Assembly: GCF_006345805.1 (NCBI RefSeq)
Contig: NW_021833472.1
Location: 1 to 28,653, forward strand
Direction: 5' to 3'
DNA length: 28,653 nt
DNA from: Octopus sinensis
Lineage: Eukaryota
The notes below the pieces were generated by a model. That model was given only the letters and a program-made list of their open reading frames with translations, was not told the DNA's origin and ran no database searches. Made by a program: the position numbers and the translations under genes. Position 1 is the first letter of the stretch; each line of letters begins with the position of its first letter. Shown in pieces: positions 21,639 to 28,653 of the stretch.

Positions 21639-21942
21639 TTTGCATTTTTCATAAATTCTTCTTTCGTACTCTTTCGCCCATTTCCGTTCCATTCTATGCC
21701 TTTCCGTCAGTAATCTCAAAGTTTCGATTAATTAGAATGAAATGAAAAAAAAAAAAAAATCATGTTGAAGAATTGAACAAAGAAAGAAAGAAAGAAAGAA
21801 AGAAATAAAGAAAGAAAGGAAGAAAGAAACTGAATCACAGAAAGACAGACAAATAAGAAGTAGATAGGATGAATGTATAAAGGTGAATGTGGGACAAGAA
21901 ACAGAAGATTTAGACAAGAATCAAAATATTGATAACAATATA

Positions 21943-21974
<32 letters not shown>

Positions 21975-22269
21975 CATATATATATATAAAGTTGTACATA
22001 TTGAAAGGTAACCGTTAAAAACTCCATAAGCCGAATCAGTTTAACCATTTAACCATTAAAACCATGGCGCCCGCATAAAATAAATTAGTTAGACGGATGA
22101 GTTGATTTATTAAAATATTATATCGATATCTGGATAGATCCTAAAAAGCATCTGTTGATTAACAGATTATAGGATTAACCGTGTAAATCCCTGTAGGTTA
22201 ATCATTTAGCTATCAGAAACTTTGTACAGGGTATGGTAACAGTTTTAAAAACCTCATGGGTATATCGGC

Positions 22270-22460
22270 CACCCATCAAGACCACTATGGCTAGATTTGT
22301 TGAACTTGTAGCTAAATAGGTTAAGCCTCGAAGTATCTATGGCTAGATGAGTTTAGTTATCAAGATCGTTATGGTTAGATTAGTTAACCTTCGAAATCTC
22401 TGTAGATAAGATGGTTAACGATCTCTGGGAGTAGGTTGGTTGATACTCAAGTACCACTGG
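22270..22460. repeat. Highly diverged minisatellite (~30-35 bp period)
   Basis: Recurring aaga....tatgg(c/t)tagat...gtt(a/g)a.ct motifs. Confidence 0.45.
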
Positions 22461-22542
22461 TTGGAAACGAACAATTTTTGTCCAATTCTTCAACAATAAA
22501 AGAAAAACATTCAATATGAAGATAAGTTTTTCAGCCTCACCA

Positions 22543-22544
<2 letters not shown>

Positions 22545-22579
<35 letters not shown>

Positions 22580-22622
22580 TGTGTGCGCGTGTGTGTGTGT
22601 GTGTATGTGTGTGTGTGTGCGT
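22545..22622. repeat. (GT)n microsatellite
   Basis: Direct reading. Confidence 0.9.
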
Positions 22623-22764
22623 AAATTTGTTTGTAGGTTAGTATGTGTGCATGTATCCATAGAATTTTGTACGTTTGTAGATGTGTGATTGGTTGTAAGT
22701 TTGTGAAATTATCTATAAATGTATATGTACGCATGTATATGTATATATATATATATATATATAG

Positions 22765-22975
22765 GTTTCAAATTTTGGCACAATGCCAGAAATTTCGGAG
22801 AGGGGGGGGGAAAGACGATTAAATCGACCCTAGTTTTCAGCTGGTACTTATTTTATCGGCCACAAAGGATGAAAGGCTAAGTCGACCGCGGCGGAATTTG
22901 AACTCAGAACGTGAAGATGGACGAAATGCCGCTAAACATTTTGCCCGGCGCGGTAACGGTTCTACTAGCTCGCGG
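22765..22975 (-). mobile_element. SINE family A variant
   Basis: Reverse complement of the ggc.gcgagct.g.agaaccgtta head and core. Confidence 0.85.
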
Positions 22976-22997
22976 CCTTTGTATGTATGTCGAATAC

Positions 22998-23130
22998 GCC
23001 TTTCATCCTTTTTGGGGTCGATAAATTAAGTACCAGTTACGCACTGAGGTCGATGTAATCGACTTAATCCGTTTGTCTGTCCTTCTTTGTACCCTCTGTG
23101 TTTAGCCCCTTGTGGGTAATAAAGAAAAGT
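22998..23130 (+). mobile_element. 5'-truncated SINE family A
   Basis: gcctttcatcctttt.ggggtcgataaattaagtaccagttacgcactg...aaagaaa. Confidence 0.85.
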
Positions 23131-23176
23131 ATACGTCGAATACGTACAGGCGAATACTATTTTCTACATACATACA

Positions 23177-23249
<73 letters not shown>

Positions 23250-23559
23250 TAATTGCGTTTTTACGAAGACGAATTACCATGAAGCCCCTCCCGCCGCCAA
23301 AAAAAAAAAAGCACTGTTGAGTAGAGTGGAATAATATTATTTATTAAAAGCTGAATCTATATGGGTTGCTACTCCGAGGTTTTTTTTTTTCGTTTCCAGT
23401 CATCACCATTGAAAAGTGGAGATCAGAAACTCTGAGCAGCAACTTACACACGGACTCATGCTTTGAATAAATAATGTTATTCCACTCTTACCTGATAGGA
23501 TCAAGCCTTTTTTTCTTTCTTTTTTTTTTAACATTTTTTTTTTTACCTTTTTCACTTAT

Positions 23560-23780
23560 ATTTCTTTACTACCCACAAGGGGCTAAACACAGAAGGGACA
23601 AACAAGGACAGACAAAGGGATTAAGTCGATTATATCGACCCCAGTGCGTAACTGGTACTTAATTTATCGACCCCGAAAGGATGAAAGGTAAAGTCGACCT
23701 CGGCGGAATTTGAACTCACAACGTAGCGGCAGACGAAATACGGCTACGCATTTCGCCCGGCGTGCTAACGTTTCTGCCAG
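23560..23780 (-). mobile_element. SINE family A
   Basis: Reverse-complement match to the copy at 11047-11280. Confidence 0.9.
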
Positions 23781-24063
23781 TGTGAAACCATCATATATGG
23801 AAGAGGAGAGAGATGGAGGAGAGGAAGGAGAGGAGAAGAGAGGCAAGGGAGAGAGAGAGAGAAGTGTATTCGGGTTTTCCTGCATGTTGTATGTAACGTG
23901 CGTGTGTGTGTGTATATGTTTCTCTGTATGTGTGTGCGTGTATATATATGTATGTGTATGTTTGTGTGTGCTTCAAGTGGTTCGGTCTGAAAGAAAGATT
24001 GTTGTCCATGCCCTTGGCAGGCCGTCCGAGGCTGGTGCGCATATATACAGTTGTGTTAGTGTG

Positions 24064-24102
<39 letters not shown>

Positions 24103-24375
24103 TGTGTGTGTGCGTGTGTGCATGTTTGTGTGTGTGCGTGCCTGTAATGTGCGTGGATGTATGTGTGTGTTAAAGATGAAATCTACATTGTGTTAATTCG
24201 TACCGATGCGCGCGCTAGTGAGTCTGTGTAAATCTATGTATCAATATACAAATAATGGGTGTTTGTGTGAGTATGCACGTGTGTGTGTTTGTGTGTATGT
24301 GTGTGTGTGTGTGTGATGCACCATTCTGCATCATATTATACAATCAGATTGCCAGTGTCCGTAAGTCCAAAATGG

Positions 24376-24453
24376 TTAATCCGTCACTGATCCGCCGTTG
24401 GCCGGAAGTCCCTGCTGTTGGCGCCAGCAGGCTAGTCTATGCTGAAACCAACA
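24376..24453 (-). CDS. HOPX: Terminal coding exon of a HOPX-like (homeodomain-only protein) gene; upstream exon(s) outside the window
   Basis: Minus-strand acceptor ccgtctccgttttcttttcattgcag (AG at 24455-24454), then phase 0 TGT TGG TTT CAG CAT AGA CTA GCC TGC TGG CGC CAA CAG CAG GGA CTT CCG GCC AAC GGC GGA TCA GTG ACG GAT TAA = CWFQHRLACWRQQQGLPANGGSVTD*. The recalled human HOPX C-terminus KWFKQRLAKWRRSEGLPSECRSVTD* gives 14/25 ungapped identities and the same stop position. The intron is at homeodomain position 46/47, typical of PRD-class genes. Confidence 0.9.
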   Translation of the reverse strand, partial: CWFQHRLACWRQQQGLPANGGSVTD

Positions 24454-24480
24454 CTGCAATGAAAAGAAAACGGAGACGGT
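24454..24480 (-). other. 3' splice acceptor with polypyrimidine tract
   Basis: accgtctccgttttcttttcattgcag immediately precedes the HOPX-like exon. Confidence 0.85.
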
Positions 24481-24632
24481 ATTATAATATGTACATAATA
24501 TCATTGTTCACAAATACACGAAATTCAATAATTGGAAGAAATAGCATAGAAGAGTAACAGATACTTGAAATCGAAGATAAAGAAGAGAGTGAAATAGAAA
24601 AAGAAATATGTATGAGAAAGGGTTGATGTAGA

Positions 24633-25019
24633 TGGATGGAAGCACTCCATCGGTTACGACGATGAGGGTTCCGGTTGATCCGAATCAACGGAACAGCCTG
24701 CACGTGAAATTAACGTGTAAGTGGCTGAGCACTCCACAGACACGTGCACCCTTAACGTAGTTCTCGGGGATATTCAGCGTGACACAGAGAGTGACAAGGC
24801 CGGCCTTTGAAATACAGGTACAACAGAAACAGAAGTAGAGTGAGAGAAAGTTGTGGCGAAGAGTACAGCAGGGATCACCACCATCCCCTGCCGGAGCCTC
24901 GTGGAGCTTTTAGGTGTTTTCGCTCAATAAACACTCACAACGCCCGGTCTGGGAATCGAAACCGCGATCCTATGACCGCGAGTCCGCTGCCCTAACCACT
25001 GGGCCATTGCGCCTCCACT
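24633..25019 (-). mobile_element. Full-length tRNA-derived SINE family B with 12-bp TSD, in the HOPX-like intron
   Basis: TSD ggttgatgtaga at 24621-24632 and 25020-25031; A-box and B-box intact. Confidence 0.93.
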
Positions 25020-25489
25020 GGTTGATGTAGAAATAAGAGTCGGAAACGGAGAAAGAGAAAATGGCGGAAAAAAAAAACAGAAAAAAATTAATGATGGAAA
25101 TGATAGAAAGAAATCGTAGTTTTCAGATATTTAAAACGTAAATGAGCAGGAAAAGAAAGAATAAGGAAATAAGGGGAAATTAATTCAAGTGAGATTTTCA
25201 TAAACGGGAACTTCGAATCGCAATGAATGCGCGCTAAAAGAAGCAGCAAACGGGTGGAAGTGACGGTCGGTTTCTGCACTTGTGTTTCAGAAAATAAATA
25301 AATAAATAAATGTGAGCCTAAACGAGAGACGAACAGACAGACAGAAGACAGAACAGAGTGAGAAAGAAATGGCGAGGCATATGTACATACAGGCTTTTTT
25401 AACGATGAAGTTGTCAAATAATTATTTTTGGATAATAAATCTCTGAACGAAGTATAAACAGTAGCTGCACGACAATGTGAAGTATATAT

Positions 25490-25795
25490 GCCACTTAAAT
25501 GTGGCTAACCACTGAGGGTGGATGCTACTGTAGCTTGTAGCCCCAGGAGGACATCTTCTCCAGCTGGCTATTGACACACTTTCGGTGCCCTATGGTTTTA
25601 GCAAAAGACCAGGAAGTTTGAGGGAAGGGAGCAGTATTTGACTGGCATTTTATTTTATTAAACCCGGAAGGAGGAAAGGGAAAGTTGACCTCATCGAGAT
25701 TTGAAACAAGAACGTGAAGAGCCTGAAAAAAAATACTGCATAGCATTGTGTCCGACTCTCTAACGGTTCTGCCAGTTCGCTGCCTTCAAGTTACC
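25490..25795 (-). mobile_element. Diverged SINE family A variant
   Basis: ggaaagggaaagttgacctcatcgagatttgaaac...aacggttctgccagttcgctgcc. Confidence 0.7.
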
Positions 25796-25879
25796 AAATG
25801 ATATCTCTTCGATGGGAGTTTTTGTGACAGAGTTGCAGATATACGACGGAATTTTACATTTCATTAGCATATAATAATT

Positions 25880-26075
25880 TTGGTTTCAACTTTTGGCACA
25901 AGGCCAGCATTTTCCTGGGAGGGAGTAACTCGATTACATCGACTCCAATGCTCAACTGGTACTTGTTTTATCGACCCTGAAAGGATGAAAGGCAAAGTCG
26001 ACCTCGGCGGAATTTGAACTCAGAACATAAAACATTTTGCCCAGTGTGCTAACGATTCTGCCAGCTCACCGCCTT
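25880..26075 (-). mobile_element. SINE family A variant
   Basis: tcgattacatcgac...gatgaaaggcaaagtcgacctcggcggaatttgaactcagaac...ctgccagctcaccgcc. Confidence 0.85.
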
Positions 26076-26110
26076 TAAGTTGCGAAATAATGATATTTAT
26101 ACAATGAAAA

Positions 26111-26320
26111 AGGCGAGCTGGCAGAATCGTTAGCATGCCGGGCAAAATGCGAAGCGGTATTAAGTCCGTCTTTATGATCTGAGTTCAACTTCCGCCGAGG
26201 TCGACGTTGTCTTTCACCCTTTCAGGGTCGATAAAATAAGTACCAGTTAAACACCAGGATCGATGTAATCGACTTACCCATACCCTGGAATTACTGGCCT
26301 TGAGCCAAAGCTTGAAATCA
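26111..26320 (+). mobile_element. SINE family A variant
   Basis: aggcgagctggcagaatcgttagcatgccgggc...gagttcaacttccgccgaggtcgac. Confidence 0.85.
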
Positions 26321-26387
26321 ATATTTATGCAATGAAAGCTTTTGTGGCTAAGTTGCAGGCGCACGACGACATCTTTCAACATTTCAT

Positions 26388-26749
26388 AGTATATATATAA
26401 ACGGGAAAATGTCTACGTGCATGTCCTTTGTACAAATCCACAATTTTTCAGCTAGAGGGCTTCGCACTTTCTATGGTCATTCAAAACCGTCCAAGGGTGG
26501 TCGTGCACATTTTTACATTCCCCAGTCACCCAGCAAAGCTATTAAAAAATAAATAGAAGTGACTTTTTTGTGAATTTTCTATCCAAAACCCAATCAAAAT
26601 GCCCAAAACTTGATACGCCAATTGAATGCCAGCTAGCTGTATGTGATTGGTCGGCGATTTGGACAGTACTCGCGTGTATGTGCTCACGCACGCAGCTGTA
26701 TATGCATGCACTAACACTATGACCTGGCGTTGCCGGGTCATACTGCTAG
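26388..26749 (+). mobile_element. Non-autonomous Helitron (second family)
   Basis: Subterminal hairpin ATGACCTGGC-gtt-GCCGGGTCAT (26719-26741) and CTAG at 26746-26749 followed by T. The 5' boundary is approximate. Confidence 0.75.
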
Positions 26750-27302
26750 TAGTATATAAATTTTTACAAAATATAAGCGAATATAACGGTGTGCGTACGT
26801 GTGTGTATCTGTATCTGTACGTGTGTGCCTTAGTGCGTGTGTGTATGTGTGTTTGTGTGTGTGTTTAAAATTACTTTTCTCGACTTTATCACAGTAAAAT
26901 AGTTTCAGCTGCAACAGATCTCCCAGATCAAGTCGCTTGCCAAACATGTACAACAACGAAATAATATGTATTCTCAGCTGTATAGAAGTGTTCCAGCGGT
27001 TCATATTTCAGGAATTTCTAAGTATTAACCACATATCAGAATAGAATGTAGAATTTGGTAAAAAACATTGACACAACAACGACGACCACGACGACGACGA
27101 CCATGACAACAGCAACAGCAACAAACAGACGAAATCATGAAATTGAAGAAAGCCGGAGGAGAGGAAAGAGGACGTGGGTAAGTGTTAAGTGGAAAGATGA
27201 ATAACCCAAAAATAAACAAACTGAAAAGTCATACTGAGAGAAGACAGGAGGATGGATAGGCTGACAAAACAGGCATATATATATATATATATGTATATAT
27301 AT

Positions 27303-27497
27303 AGGCGCAGGAGTGGCTGTGTGGTAAGTAGCTTGCTTACCAACCACACGGTTCCGGGTTCAGTCCCACATGCGTGGCACCTTGGGCAAGTGTCTTCTAC
27401 TATAGCCTCGGGCCGACCAAAGCCTTGTGAGTGGATTTGATAGACGGAAACTGAAAGAAGACCGTCGTATATATATATATATATACATAATATATAT

Positions 27498-27544
<47 letters not shown>

Positions 27545-27775
27545 ATGTATATATGTGTGTGTGTGGGTTTGTGTGTCTGTGTTTGTCTCCCGAACATCGC
27601 TTGACAACCGATGCTGGTGTGTTTATGTTACGTCCCCGTTACTTAGCGGTTCGGCAAAAGAGACTGTAGGATAAGTACTGGCTTACAAAGAATAAGTCCT
27701 GGGGTCGATTTGCTCGACTAAAAGGCGGTGCTCCAGCATGGCCGCAGTCAAATGACTGAAACAAGTAAAAGAGAA
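27303..27775 (+). mobile_element. tRNA-derived SINE family C
   Basis: Homologous to 19562-19965, with an expanded internal (AT)n. Confidence 0.9.
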
Positions 27776-27779
27776 TAAA

Positions 27780-28080
27780 AGATATATATATATATATACA
27801 GGGAGAGAGGGAGGCAGGGGTAAACGAGAACAATAGAGAGACAGGTGGGTATATACTAACATATATATATGCATAGACGCAACTGGAAAGAAAAGGATAG
27901 AGAGACTGCAGAACTGGAGAGGAAGCGAGTCAAATGTACACAGAAATAAGACAGAGTGTAAGACAAAGAGAGAGAGAGAGAGGAGAGAGAGAGAGCACGA
28001 AAGAGAATAAGAGACAGACAGACAGACAAACAGAGAAAATTCAAGAGGAGACAAAGAAAAAAGAGAGAGAGAACATCTTG
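27780..28080. repeat. GA-rich low-complexity and compound microsatellite tract
   Basis: Direct reading. Confidence 0.75.
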
Positions 28081-28519
28081 AAACCATTAGATTCGTTGAT
28101 CTGAAGGTCACATACAAGCAATACATTGATATCAGGATGTTGTTGATGTCGTTGTTTAACCCCAGGTCAACCTTGACAGAATAGGCCTTTGATCAACTAA
28201 CTGCACGCCAACTCAAAAACTACGCCGTCCTTATTTCGGAATATCTCAAAGTCTGCACTGTCCAAAGCGTCTTTTTGTCCCTTTTTTCTCAAGACGACAG
28301 AGTGTGATTTGAGGGATATTTAGCTGTAATATCTAGTTGATCGAATGACCAAAAAGGGTTCAGAGTTACCAGTAACTTTGGGGGGGGGGGGGGGGTTATA
28401 TGTTAAAATCCTAAACGTAAGCATAAAAGTGAACAGGAGCGGGGAAAATGGAGGCCATAACGAGGCTGGTACGTCGGCCATTAAACTGCCAGTCATCAAT
28501 TCAATTTCCACTCGTTATC

Positions 28520-28653
28520 CCATACATACATACATACTTACATACTTATATACATACATACATACATACACACACACATACACCCCCCCCACACATATAT
28601 ATAAATAATATATATATGCATATATATATATGTGTGTGTGTATATATATATAG
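28520..28653. repeat. (CATA)n/(AT)n compound microsatellite
   Basis: Direct reading. Confidence 0.85.

Noticed and set aside
24454-28653. Upstream HOPX exon (helix 1-2)
   Set aside because: I read the non-repeat segments on the minus strand for a KHP/LIAAE-like peptide ending at a GT donor and found none, so it is presumed to lie beyond the window.

Overview
AT-rich, repeat-dense eukaryotic genomic DNA. It is most likely octopus/coleoid cephalopod, inferred from the tRNA-derived SINE families and the very high (AT)n/(GT)n load. Most of the window is transposon-derived: decayed LINEs (CR1-like, R4/Dong-like, Penelope-like), many SINEs, non-autonomous Helitrons and MITEs. One convincing host exon is missed by the ORF track. 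At 24376-24453 (- strand), a strong splice acceptor is followed by CWFQHRLACWRQQQGLPANGGSVTD-stop, which matches the terminal exon of HOPX (homeodomain-only protein); its upstream exon(s) lie outside the window. Other notable structures are (i) a 26-copy 123-bp satellite generated from the 3' end of a CR1-like LINE that itself inserted into an R4/Dong-like RT, and (ii) a ~307-bp palindrome carrying two back-to-back hammerhead ribozyme motifs, plus two decayed hammerhead-like motifs elsewhere. All alignments and counts were done by eye; no database searches were run. Most ORFs in the supplied track are microsatellite or repeat artefacts.
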